DNA of 64,000 bases, from the NCBI GenBank assembly GCA_965287045.1, contig OZ336888.1:22258001-22322000 (forward strand), in the 5' to 3' direction. Under the pieces are notes generated by a model that saw nothing but the letters and a program-made list of their open reading frames with translations, did no database searches and was not told the origin of the DNA. Positions within the stretch are counted from its first letter, which is position 1, and each line of letters starts with the position of its first letter. This document shows, piece after piece, positions 1 through 11,710 of this stretch. The DNA comes from Carcharhinus amblyrhynchos. Taxonomy: Eukaryota. The position numbers were made by a program, and so were the translations under genes.

Positions 1-860
1 TCCTTCTAAACTCCAATGAGTACAGACCCAGAGTCCTCAACCATTCCTCGTATTACAAGCTCTTAATTCCAGGGATCATTCTTGTGAACCTCTGCTGTTC
101 TTGTGAACATTCCAAGGCCAGCACGTCCTTCCATAGATATGAGCCCCAAAGGTGCTCACAATAATCCAAATGGGGTCTAACCAGAGCCTTATACAGCCTC
201 AGAAGTATATTCCTGCTCTTGTATTTTAGCCCACTCAACATGAATGCTAACATTGCATTTGCCATCCTAACTGCCAACTAAACCTGCATGTTAACCTTAA
301 GAGAATCTTGAACAATGACTCGCAAGTCTCTTTGTGTTTCTGATTTCCTAAACATTTTCCCTTGGAAAATAGTCTATCCCTCCATTTCTCCTTCCAAAGT
401 GCATAACCTCACACGTTTCCACATGGCATTCCACCTGCCACTTCTTTGCCTACTCTCCTAACCTGTCCAAGTCCTTCTGCAGCCCTTCTACATCCTCAAT
501 ACTACCTGTTCCCCCATATAGCTTTGTATCATCTGCAAGCTTAGCAACAGTGTCTTCAGTTCCTTCCTCCAAATCATTAATGTATATTGTGAAAAATTGT
601 GGTCCCAGCACTGACCCCTGAGGCACACCACTAGTCACTGGCTGCCATCCTGAGAAAGACCCCTTTATCCCCACTCTTTGCCTTCTGCCAGTCAGCCAAT
701 CATTTATCCATGCCAGGATTTTACCCTTAACACTATGGGCACTTAATTTATTTAATAGTCTCCTATGCAGCACCTTGTCAAAGGCCTTCTGGAAATCTAA
801 ATAAATCACGACCACTGGTTCTCCTTTATCTAACTTCCTTGTTACCACCTCAAAGATTAA
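1..860 (-). mobile_element. CR1-clade LINE ORF2 fragment (RT domain), decayed, runs off window start
   Basis: Minus ORFs give [29 protein letters not shown] and YKALVRPHLDYC, which are CR1 RT and C-terminal motifs; frameshifts present. Confidence 0.93.
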
Positions 861-979
861 GCACCTTGAGTACAAACAAAAAGAGACTTTTTTTAAAAAA
901 GTATAAAAGAGAGTTCTGGGCCATTCTGTGTTGGTTAGGGAGGAGATACACATTTATAATGTTCTTGAAAAAAATGTCT

Positions 980-1260
980 AAAGTTTATTATTAGTGTTCC
1001 AAGTAGGCTTACATTAACACAGCAATGAAGGTGAAAATCTCTTAGTTGCCACACTCTGGCACCTGTTCGTGTACACTGAGGGATAATTTAAAATGGTCAA
1101 TGCACCTAACCAGTGCATCATTTAGACTGTGGGAGAAAACCAGAGTATCTGGTGGAAACCCATGGAGACATGGGGAGAACATGCATAGACAGTGACCCAA
1201 GCCAGGAAGCAAACCCAGGTCCCTGGAACTGTGAGGCAGCACTGCTAACCACTGAGTATT
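980..1260 (-). mobile_element. HE1-like tRNA-derived V-SINE, 'type B' tail
   Basis: Reverse strand has the head ggttagcagtgctgcctcacag, the V-domain gggtttccaccag and the tail gtgttaatgtaagcctacttgg..ctaataataaac. Confidence 0.88.
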
Positions 1261-1287
1261 CAGTGAGATTGTCTTTGGTTTCGTATG

Positions 1288-2870
1288 AACATACAAACTT
1301 AGGAATTAAGAGCAAGAGCAGACAGTTTGACTCTTTCAGCCTATTCTGCCATTAACAAGATCATGGCTGATCTGATTATAGTTCAGTGCCAATATCCTGC
1401 CTACCCAATAACCCTTGAATCCCTTTTAAGTCTCACGGGAAGATGATTTCATTGACACAGGGCCATCTGAAAGAAAGAATTCTTCTTGTTTCCATCTTAA
1501 ATGGGAAGAATTCCTAGTTTTAATCTCTCCTGCAAGGCACTGCCAGGGTGCCAAGGGTCAGTCAGGGCACTACCACGACCCTCGCCATCCAGGGGCTATA
1601 CTCACCTTCATGCCCGTGATGTATCAGCATGACTGGTTTTCATTTTGAAAGCTAGGGAAATTTCCCCCAAAAATGGCACAGTGTCAGGTTCTGATGGAAA
1701 ATTGATGTTTTCCAGCCAGGTTTTTTCTCCAGATGTTCTGATATTTTGTCAAAAAGTAGAGGGGTGTGTTTTGTGCCATCATTCACAAGGGATGGGCCTA
1801 AAGACACCGACAGCCTGGGCAACACAGAGATTGGAAAGGGTGCTCCGATCTCACGTTAAGGGACAGGCCCTTGCCCCTTCCCACCACCCATGGACATTAG
1901 AAACTTCCCCATCCACTCTCACTGGTAATCCACTGCCTCCCTCGCCCCCACATCACAGCAATCTGTGTCTCCCCACCAAACCTGCACAACCCCCATTCCC
2001 CTCCATCATCACAGGCAATCACCATCCTCCAAGCCCATGCTGGCAATTCTCTGCCATTGTCGCCCCTGACTCCCCACCCTGGCCATGCCAAATTGCCAGG
2101 TTGGCACTGCTGTGATGCCAGAAACCACTACTATGCTATGTTCCCGACCATCTGTGAGCTACGCAGGCTTCCGCACTTCTGGTGTGGTCAACCTGACTGC
2201 TGGAGAGCAGTAGTAGTGATTTCCAGCAGTGTGAAGTCACATCAGTGATTGAGGGAAGGGGGGAGGATGACAGTGGTGGTGGTGGTAGTGGTGGTGGTAT
2301 TGGGGGGATGAGGGGATGGGATGGGAACATCTGATGCTCCCAGAAGATATGATGCTCTGCCATTTAGGAATAGTTCAATCTATTCAAATTGATGCCCTTT
2401 CTGGGCATGAACCTGATTAATGACACCGGAGTGAGGGTGGGCGGTAGGGGCGCAGATGGAGGGTGGGGATTGTAGGGGTCAGTGAAGATCTCCAATTGTG
2501 ATATCGTGGCTGCAAATCTGATTTGGTCCTGTCACAAGAGTTAGCGGCTATAACGGGATTTCCATCCACAGCGAACTGGCCCTGAGAATCTCAGCAAAAA
2601 TGTTTCAATAAGGTAACCTCTCATTCTTTTTTTTTACTTATTAGTCTCAAGTAAGGTTGACATTAACCTGGCAAACTCCAATGGACATAGGTGCAACCTG
2701 TTCAAGCTTTTCTTATTACATAGCCCTCTCACCCAAGCATTGAGTGAACCTACTTTGAACTGCTTTTAATACAATTATATCCCTTCTTAAATAAGACCAA
2801 AACTGTACACAGTAGTTCAGATGTGATCTCACCAATGCATGTACAATTGTAGCAAAACAGTCCCACGGTG
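1288..2870 (-). mobile_element. CR1 3' end (1288-1530 and ~2600-2870) split by a GC-rich insertion
   Basis: 3'UTR-like gatcatggctgatctg, plus ORF2 C-terminal remnant gaccaaaactgtacacagta (YCVQFWS on the minus strand). Confidence 0.7.
1535..2596. mobile_element. GC-rich non-autonomous DNA-transposon-like (Harbinger/MITE-type) element
   Basis: C-rich then G-rich blocks with ggcactgccagg motifs, ending gagaatctcagc like the other GGGC..ATT-terminated MITEs here; no real ORF. Confidence 0.45.
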
Positions 2871-3551
2871 CTTTCATAACCCACTCCCTTTTCACTAAAC
2901 TACAGTATTCCTATTCCTACTTCATCAACTTCTTTTCAGTAGAAATTAATATCTAACAGTAGTGCATGTTCTATTTCCAGAGAGCTGTTCTAATGTAAGC
3001 CCTTAATTCTGCTCTTACATGTAATAAATTCAACTTTATATGAATCCTTCACGGATTAGAAAATGACCTGTCTGATCACTACGCATCTCAACAGTGGCCT
3101 TCTTTTGATGTAACGCTCCTGGCCTATAAATTTTGATCCAGACTTCCAAGTACTGGTTTTTGATAGAGAATTATTACATTGTTTTTGACAAAGTGCTTAA
3201 ACTATATGAAGAGTATTTAACTGCGCACAATGCTGCCTACTCTGCCACTAAAATAAAAATAATCGGCTTTAGCAGTGAAGAGCAAATTGAACTTCAGTGA
3301 CAATCATTTAAATTGCCATGTTTCAGAGACTCAAATAATTTCTGTCAGGAGGCAGTCTTTCTGAAAAGGACAATATTTTTTCAGCGGTCTACCTAGTGCT
3401 TATTTAAAAACTATCAAAAAATGAAATCAAGGAACTACACCTGTTATGTGGTTTCACTTCAGTTTCCACAAAGCAGCGATGGAATACATTAACCATCTCA
3501 CAATTGTAACACTTTTTAAACTGAAGTGAAAGGGGCAGAAAAGATATTTAT

Positions 3552-3833
3552 TCATAGAATCCCTACAGTGTAGAATGAGGCCATTTGGCCCATCACATCT
3601 GCAGCAGCAACAATCCCACTCAAGCCCTATCCCTGTAATTCCACTTTTCACCCTGCTAATCCCCCTGACACTAAGGGGCAATTTAGCATGGCCATTCCAC
3701 CTAACCTGCACATCTTTGGACTGTTAGAGGAAACCAGAGCACCTGGAGGAAACCCATGTCGATATGTGGAGAACATGCAAACTCCACACAGTCGCCAGAA
3801 GCTGTGAGTCAGCAGTGCTAACCACCGTGCCAC
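3552..3833 (-). mobile_element. HE1 V-SINE, HER1-type ('type A') tail
   Basis: catagaatccctacagtg tail, V-domain, head ggtggcacggtggttagcactgctg. Confidence 0.9.
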
Positions 3834-3896
3834 CTTCTTTAGTTGTGCCTTTTAGCTGGTGGACAGGTTTTGGAGAGTCGGCAGATGAATTACTTT

Positions 3897-4212
3897 ATAG
3901 AATCATTGAATCCATACAGAGCAGGAGGACATTCAGTCCATCGATGCTGCAATGGCAATAATCCCACCCAGCTCTCTCTCCATAATCCCATGTATTTACT
4001 TTGCTAATCCCCCTGACATTAAGGGGTAATTTGATGTGGCCAATCCACCTAACATCTTTGGAGTGTGGGAGGAAACTGGAGTGCCTGGAGGAAACCCACG
4101 CAGACACGGGGAGAATTGTGCAAACTCTACGCTGATAGTCACCCAAGGCCAAAATTGAACCCAGGTTCCTGGCACTCTGAGGCTGTAGTGCCAACCACTA
4201 TGCCACCATGCC
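3897..4212 (-). mobile_element. HE1 V-SINE, type A tail
   Basis: Full head, V-domain and tail on the reverse strand. Confidence 0.9.
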
Positions 4213-5199
4213 ATTCTTTCACCTTCTAATGTTTTTTCCGTTCTTTGAAAGTATGAACTGATGTTAGTATGTGGTTATGTTCTTATTGGCTATCATCTGT
4301 TAGCCTGACAGATCTTGGTCAGTATCTTTTTTCAGTACTTTGTTTCTAATCAAAAAAGCAATTCAAATTGAGTTCAATCATTGTCCCCACATGAGGGACA
4401 AACCAGATGCAAGCTGACGAGTAAGACATTGATTCCCATCTTGGGCTCAATCAAACAAGATCCAAGCTGACAGGATGAGGCATTTCATATTCTCCCGGGC
4501 TTGAACTAATGCTTCATCTAAGCCAAACAGCTGAGATAGTTTCAATAGATTGCATCAGGCAAAACCTCGGTTTAGTCTCATTGCCTACCCTGAGCCTTTA
4601 CTCTATCTTAGCCTGGACAAACCACCATCGCAGGCATCAGCACATCCTCAGTGCAATTGGCTAGCTGCATTTTTGGTTTGATCATGGCTTCACCCCTGGC
4701 CGATATTTTAGCTGTGTCATTCTGTTATACTCATTAATTATGCTGCGCCCAACGCATCTTCTTTCAAGCATGAACCGAGGGAGTGAATGACGGATTATAA
4801 CTGCAAACATCATCACCCAGCCTGCTCTGTCCATGCTGGGCAGTCCAGCTGTCAAGTTGACAATAAAGCTGTCCTATTTAACCACGACATAAATGGGCTG
4901 GGTGGGCAAATGCAGGATTACTGCTCATGATCCCTATCCAATGACCCATGGTGAGACTTGCAGAGCAATGTCAAGAGAAGATAGGATTGTGTCTGCTTAT
5001 AATGGCCCACTTGATCGATAATCTGTGAATACATTATTTTAGGCTCGTGTTTGGAAAATAACAGTTGGAACATTAGAAGGCATGTTGATGGGGAATCGAA
5101 AAAAGACACAAGATGATGTGGAGCAGTTTTTGACCATCTTACAATCTTTGAAGTGGAATGCAAAACGTAAAGGTAAGTAATTGAGTTCTTTGGATCTGA

Positions 5200-6228
5200 C
5201 CAATGTCTGCAAAATCAGCATTTATCATCATTTCTAATTCCCCTTGAGAAGGAAGTGCTAGGATGACTGAACTATTGCAGTCTGTGTGGTACATCCACAG
5301 TACTATTAGAGACAGGTTTCAACTAAGTGACAATGAAGGAATGGTAATGTAGTTCAAAGACAGGATGGTGCGTGACTTGGAAGGAAACTGGAGGTGATGG
5401 TGTTTCCGTGAATCTGCTTTTTTTCCATTCATTCCTGGGATGTGGCATTTCTGGCTAAGCCAGCATTTATTGTCCAACTCTAATTTTTCTTCAGGAGGGC
5501 AAGAACCCATTCTTCTATAGTTCTATTTAAGGAAACTAAATGAGTTGCTGCAGCCGTTCAGATGGTACATACTGCTGCCACATTGCACCAGTGTTTGAGG
5601 TTGATGATCAAGCTTTATGCTGGATGGTGTTGAGCTTCTTGATTGGAGCTGTGCTCATCCAGGCAAAGGAAACTTATTGCAACACATTCCTTGTGATTGG
5701 TGCACAGACTTTGGGGAGTCAGGAAGCGAGTTACATGCCTAAGAATTCCAACACCTGAGTTTTACACTGATAGGATTTTATGGTCCCATGAAGTCAATGG
5801 AGTTTTGAATGGCTTGCTGCAATTTATGGCCCTGCCTCTGCCACACTGTGGCCGTAAAATTCCAGCCCATCTCTCTGACCTAGTCTTGAAGCCACAATAT
5901 TTATATGGTTAGTACTGTTAAGCTTCAGACAATAGTGACTTCCAGGGAATTCAACAAGGGGAATACTGTTGATTAGACTCTCTCCTATTGAAGATGGCCA
6001 TTGCTTAGTTCTTGTGTGGCACAAATGTTACCTGTTGCTTAGCAGCCCAAGCCTGAATGGTATCTAGGTATTGTTGCATGTGGACAGGGACTGTATCAGT
6101 ATCTGAGAATTTGTAAATGGTATTGAACAATATGTCATCAGCAGGCATCCCCACTTCTGATCTTATGTTGGAGGGAAGGTCATTGATGGAGCATCTGTAG
6201 ATGGCTGGGCCTAAGAAGCTATCCTGTT
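5200..6228 (-). mobile_element. CR1/L2-group LINE 3' fragments (family ending gggcaataaatgctggc..agccag), with a small MITE at ~5755-5870
   Basis: Reverse complement of the 27380-28510 element (ggctaagccagcatttattg; tggatggtgttgagcttctt). Confidence 0.75.
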
Positions 6229-6229
6229 G

Positions 6230-6545
6230 AGGTGATGGCCTCGTGGTATTATTGCTAAATTGCTAATCCAGAAATTCAGCTAATGTTCTGGGGACCTGGG
6301 TTCGAATCCCACCATGGCAGATAATAGAATTTGAAAATAAAAAAAATTCTGGAATTAAAAATCTACTGATGACCATTACACATTGTCATTTGTTTGAAAA
6401 CTCCCATCTGGTTCACTAAAGTCCTTTAGAGAAGGAAATCTGCTGTCCTTACCTGGTCTGGCCTATATGTGACTCCAAAGCCACAGCAATGCGATTGACT
6501 CACATGCAACTAGGGGAGTGAGCAATAAATGCTGGCCAGCCAGCA
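6230..6545 (+). mobile_element. tRNA-derived SINE sharing its 3' tail with the CR1/L2-group LINE
   Basis: A-box-like tggcctcgtgg, B-box ggttcgaatcc, tail caataaatgctggccagccagc. Confidence 0.85.
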
Positions 6546-6704
6546 TTTATTAAATAGAAAATTGAGTAGGTACTTACATTTAGCCTCCTCTCAGGTATCA
6601 ACTGGATTCATGCATTGTGACATTAAGATGTTGTTTACTGCATGGCATGTGGTAAAGGTTCAGGCATTAGTGCAACTGTAATGCTGAAGGCAAGTGCATT
6701 AAAC

Positions 6705-6945
6705 CTATCTGGTTCACAAACATCCTTTAGAATAGGAAACCTGCTGTCCTGGTCTGGCTGACATTGACTCCAGATCCACACTACTGCTCTCAACTTCTCT
6801 CTGAAATGGCCCAACTAGCCACTTAGTTTCAAGGGATGGGCAATAAATACTGTGATGTGGAGATGCCGGCATCGGACTGGGATAACCACAGTAAGAAGTC
6901 TCGCAACACCAAGTTAAAATCCAATAAATGCTGGCCAGCCAGCAA
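6705..6945 (+). mobile_element. 3' half of the same SINE family, interrupted by a PLE micro-insertion
   Basis: atctggttcac..aggaaacctgctgtcctggtctggc..gggcaataaat matches 6405-6545. Confidence 0.75.
6853..6921 (-). mobile_element. Penelope-like element 3'-tail micro-insertion (69 bp)
   Basis: tgatgtggagatgccggcatcggactggg..cacagtaagaagtc is the reverse complement of the tail at 39845-39890; flanked by caataaat[a/g]ctg direct repeat. Confidence 0.85.
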
Positions 6946-8084
6946 CACACAGTAAAGTAAAAGTAAGTTTAAAAAAAAACTCCTGTAACAATGTCCCAGA
7001 AGATAGTAACTTGCAGAATTCGGCTTTGAACCCAGAAAGCAGCTTTTGCATCCGAGCCTGATATTTATTATTCAATTTCCACTGAAGAACCCTAGCCAAA
7101 TTTTCTGTGGAGATATAATGAAAACTCACCAGGAGAGGGGCAATCATTCACAATTCCGCTTCCGTCAAGTGCCCTGCCTGCTGTGTTCTCCCAGCAACTG
7201 CCTTGTTGCTGTTCATTTCAATCTCCTGAGTGTGCAGAAAAGCACATGTACTGACAGCTAATTAGAAAACGGAGAAAACAAAGAGAGCAGACAGAAAACT
7301 CGTAGGCAACGTTTAGACTGGGGTGGGGGGGGAGGGTAGGTGGTGAAATAAGTTTGGTTTAATTTATTGTGAATATAATAGCGAATATGACCAAATTACC
7401 AGAATCATTCACATTTGCAGTAGATAATTTCAGCAGCTGGTGAAATATTTACAAGAGTTGCTCTTGGACTACTGATGGGTAGTTTTGTTCTCTGTGACAT
7501 TTTGAGTGTATTTGCAATTCTGAATGCATTTATTAGATTGTTATTATCAAGGGAAGCGAGTGGTGGTGTAGGATCAGGCTGCAGACAAATCTTTACTGAT
7601 AATGCGTTTGGAAATCATTTTGATTACAAATGTGTCACATGTTTCTCACAAAATGATTAATTTGTGCCGTGCGATTAAGAGAAGCAGAAGCTGAACTTCA
7701 TTCGTTATAATCACTCTCCATCACCATCCATTCAGAAGATATGTAATTTTCTTCTTCTCACCAATGTTACTTCAACAAGGTGCGATTTGTATATCCACGT
7801 GACAAATCCTTTGAACTTTGTTGGTCCTGTCACTCACGGAAATGGGAGAAGAAGAGGAACTGACGGAGATGTGAGCAAAAGGTGGAATTGTGGGCTTGAA
7901 TTTTATGTGGTTTCCCCGCCGGCAGGTTTATAGGTGGGGGAGCGGTGGGTAAAATGAGGTTCCCACTGCGTTCTTGCCCTCCCTGGTCTGTCTGCAATTA
8001 GGCGCTGGGGTGGGTGACGCCTCAGGTTGGTCACCTGTCCTTGCCCCAATTGAGGCCCTTAAGTGGCCAATTATTGACCTTCAT

Positions 8085-8440
8085 ACAGTGACACAGTGGT
8101 TAGCACTGCTGTCTCACAATGCCAGGGACCCGAGTACAATTCTGGCCTGGGGAGACAGTCTGAGTGGAGTTCACATAATCTCCCGGTGTCTGTGTGGGTT
8201 TCCTCCGGGTGCTCTGGTTTCCCCACTCAGTCCAAAGATGTGCAGGTTAGGTGGATTGGCCATGCTAAATTGCCCCTTAGTAACCTAAGATGGGCAGGTT
8301 AAATGGATTAGCCATGGTAAGTGTGTGGGGCAACGGGGACAGGGCAGGGGAGAGGGCTAGGATAAGACCCTCTGTCAGAGAGTTGGTGCAGTATTGATGG
8401 GCTGAATGGTGTTCTTCTGCATGATAGGAACTCTATGAAA
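8085..8440 (+). mobile_element. HE1 V-SINE
   Basis: gtggttagcactgctgtctcac head, gggtttcctccgggtgctc V-domain, ctatgaaactatga tail. Confidence 0.88.
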
Positions 8441-8964
8441 CTATGAAAGGGTTGTTTTCCCCACCACCCCTCCTCTAAGTCCCGCTTCAGTTTTTAGGCT
8501 GGTGGGAGGATTCCTAGGTATGCATGAAGCCCAACGATAATCGGGTTTAGGCCTCAGATGGAGCAGGGGTGTAGTGGGCACCTCCTTCAGAAACCAATTT
8601 CAATCCCTACATGGCACCCCCATGATTAAGTAACCATAGGAGTTCCCTCATCCTCAGGCCTCTCCTCTGACACCGATTCCCCGCAATATCCAGCACCCCC
8701 AACCCCACATACCCTATCCTGAGACCATGAGAACGTACTTTCTTCTGGAATCTTGGGATTTAGGTTCTGGGGACCACATGTAGTTGCGATCCAGTCCACT
8801 GCACCTTCTGGTGGTTCTGGGTCTAGAGGGCTGCCAGTCTAGGCAGGCTGCTCTCCAAGGTGGAATTACCGCCTGAGTAAGGGGCAGAAGTCATGTCTTC
8901 TGCCAATTAGTGCTTGTCAGAGTGTGAAATTGTTACAGGGAGACAGTGTTAGCAGAGATGTGTG

Positions 8965-10200
8965 AGGTGCAGCTCCTGTTCATAGGCGTGACGGGTTTTT
9001 GTAACCCCTTGCAGACGTTGCCCATCTTTTACCAGAGCCTACCCAAAATCTGGGCCACGGTCACCTTGAGCCGTGGCTCTCTCCCGTCTGCAGTAGCAAC
9101 TATCATCAGGGACCTGCTGATCAGGCATCCACTCCTCCAACAATCCCTATTCAGGTAGTTGGCAGAGAGATGGGCTGTGGCTGCCAGGGTGACCAGGGTG
9201 GGATGTGCTGAATGACGGAGGATTGAGTGGATAATGCTTCACGAGTTGGCTCAACACGTGACATTGAGCATTGGCTCACGATTGATGTCATTCATTTCAA
9301 AACAGACATGCTTGGACCCGACAAAACATGTGGTCTTGAGGCGGCACAGCTGTGTGGTGGAATCCTGCCTGAGTGCACCCCTGCTTGGATGGAATTGAGC
9401 CATCTCACAGGAGTGCCCTCTGTGCCCTTTACCCCAGGGCAGAAGGGTGCTGCTGCTGCACACCTTCCACTACTGTGCCCTCGCCCATTACGCAGACATG
9501 CCTTGGTGGGCCTTGTTGCTGTTGGGTAGTGGATTTCCCCAGTGAATGTCTCTCGACAGAGGGATCCTCTCCCTTAACATCAGAGATCTGGGGTGGAGGC
9601 TAGTGCATGCAGCAGTACCATTCTACGGCAAGTTGCACCAGTTCATGGACTCCCAAGAAATCTACCCTATTTGCAGTCTTTTGGAGACATGGACCATGCT
9701 TGCATTAACTATTTTAGGCTGCACTCCCTTTTTAGTTACTTAAAAAAACCTTTTGTTACAGTTTTGTTAGCACTTAGCCCCATGCACCTGATCTATGGGC
9801 ACCTGGTGTGGAGTGGGGGCAGAGAAGGAGCAGGACCTCCTCATGAACCTGTTCCTGGGCTTGGCCACATTCGCCATTAACAAGTCCAGGCTGTGGGCAA
9901 CCGAGGGGGTCATCCGACCTGACTGTCTGCCCCTCTACTGCGGCTACATTCATGGCTGGGTGTCCCTGGAGAGGAGGCATGCAGTGTTCATGGGCACCAT
10001 CAAATCCTTCCTTGCTCCTTGGGCACTGCAGGGGCTGGCATGTGTTCCTGACCCTTTTAATCATCTTTTGATTTGATGTTTTAACTTGCATTTGTGCTTT
10101 ATTCTTGTTTCCGGCCATTCCCCCTTTAAGGGAGTGCCCTTCTTGCTTTATCTCTCAGTTTGTTTAATTTAGTTTGATTTGTTTTCCTCCAAATGAGTGA
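8965..10200 (+). mobile_element. L1/Tx1-clade LINE, 5'-truncated ORF2 C-terminus plus 3'UTR
   Basis: Frames give DLGWRLVHAAV, a decayed zinc-finger (PICSLLET) and EQDLLMNLFLGLATFAINKSR..RHAV..W, typical of Tx1 ORF2 ends; 12-bp TSD cagagatgtgtg at 8953-8964 and 10201-10212. Confidence 0.85.
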
Positions 10201-11059
10201 CAGAGATGTGTGCCCGTCATCTCTTCAAGTGGCAGGATGGAAAGCCTTGCCAACCTAGAAAATCCTGGCTACCTTAGAAGTGAAGTTTTTTCAGTTTTAA
10301 CTTGTAGATGGGGCGAGATTAAATGCCATTGTTACGATAAAGCACCACAATTTTGATATGTAAATGATTAGAGGCTATTTTAATTCCCACAAATATGGCA
10401 GAATCTGGCCAAGTAGGTAGTTAAAACAATGAGCATGGTTTATCAGCCAATTATGTTCCTATTTGGCTTTATTTTTAACTTGCTTTTCCCAGCAGGCAGT
10501 TGGGGCATGTCAAAAATCAGCAAGGCCCTTTTATATTGTATGCAGGGCAAACTCCAATGACATCTTTTTTTTGACCAGAGTTGCGTGTGTGGACACTGTT
10601 CCCACCAAGTCAAACTCGTTGGTGTTCACTCTGACCCCACCGTTCATCCCTTGATGACTGTTGAGGGCCTCATTTAACTACCGCCTTGTTGAGTGTTGGT
10701 GTTCATTCCTCCAGCCTCTTGTCGCTTCACTCCCTGGGCTGGATTTTCAATTTGGGGCTGGGAATTCAAAATGGAGGCTAGTTCCAGATCCAATCCCACA
10801 TGGCCTGATTTAGGAATTTTCAACTCCTCAGCCATTTTAAGGCCAGTGAGTGGATTCACTTCCAATCTGGACTGATTTCCAAGGCCAGCCTTGGTCTCAG
10901 GTCAGCTACTGATTCCCATCAGTTTGGGTATTAAACTAACCAGACAGAAATGCAGATGAAGTCCGGGAGTTAAAATCCTCTGAGCCTTGCGCTGTTGGCA
11001 TCCAGATGACTTGTCCATTTCATTCCAGTCCCTCTAATTCCTACTCCATGCTAAAACCA

Positions 11060-11121
11060 GATTTATTGCTCCCCAAAGTGGATTTATTGCCCCCCAAAGT
11101 GGATTCATTGCCTCCATAGTG
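11060..11121. repeat. Minisatellite, ~21 bp x3 (gatttattgccccccaaagtg)
   Basis: Three adjacent near-identical units read directly. Confidence 0.85.
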
Positions 11122-11574
11122 AATTGAAGGTGATATTGGTACTACTGAGGTAGTGGTGTTTGCACCGCAAAGCTGAGTAAGCCTGGAAAAAGGATGGATA
11201 TGTCTTTTATTACACTTTATTTGAATAAGCTCACAAGAGTATTTAAATAACTTACATTAACAAACAAAACATGACAACACTCAGGTTCACCTTTTAACCT
11301 TTCAATCCCAGATGAACTCTCAGACTGCACAAAGTTGATGCAAAGACTTGTCAAAGCATTTAAATTATCGGGGCACAGTTTAGTACTCGGACTCTGAATG
11401 TCTCTCAACCTATGTCAATGCTTATTGCCAAAGCAGGGAAATGTGGTGAGATGCACCGGTTGATAAGAAATGTAATTAAATGTTTAAACTGGATTGAAGT
11501 GTGTTCAGGGCAGAGGCATCTCTGTATCTCAGGGATTCTGTGAGTTTCAATGACAGTTGGAACAAGAGCCCCGT

Positions 11575-11710
11575 GGGCGAGATTTTCCGGCTGTGCTCGC
11601 ACCAAAACTGGAAAATTCTACCTGTGGTCAACGGATCTTTGCATAGTCTGTCCCCCCCTCCCCCTGCCCGCTATGATTCCTGTGACCGGCAGGAAGGGAA
11701 AATCCCGCCC
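11575..11710. mobile_element. MITE, 136 bp (PIF/Harbinger-like termini)
   Basis: TIR gggcgagattttcc / ggaaaatcccgccc; homologous copy at 41079-41204. Confidence 0.8.

Larger units (their letters stand above)
7892..10270. mobile_element. Old GC-rich non-autonomous DNA-transposon-like element hosting a SINE and a Tx1 LINE
   Basis: Starts gggcttgaattttat and ends agaaaatcctggct (weak TIR-like ends); GC-rich body. Confidence 0.4.

Noticed and set aside
6230-6320. tRNA gene
   Set aside because: A/B boxes belong to a SINE head; no cloverleaf, and it continues into the SINE body and LINE-derived tail
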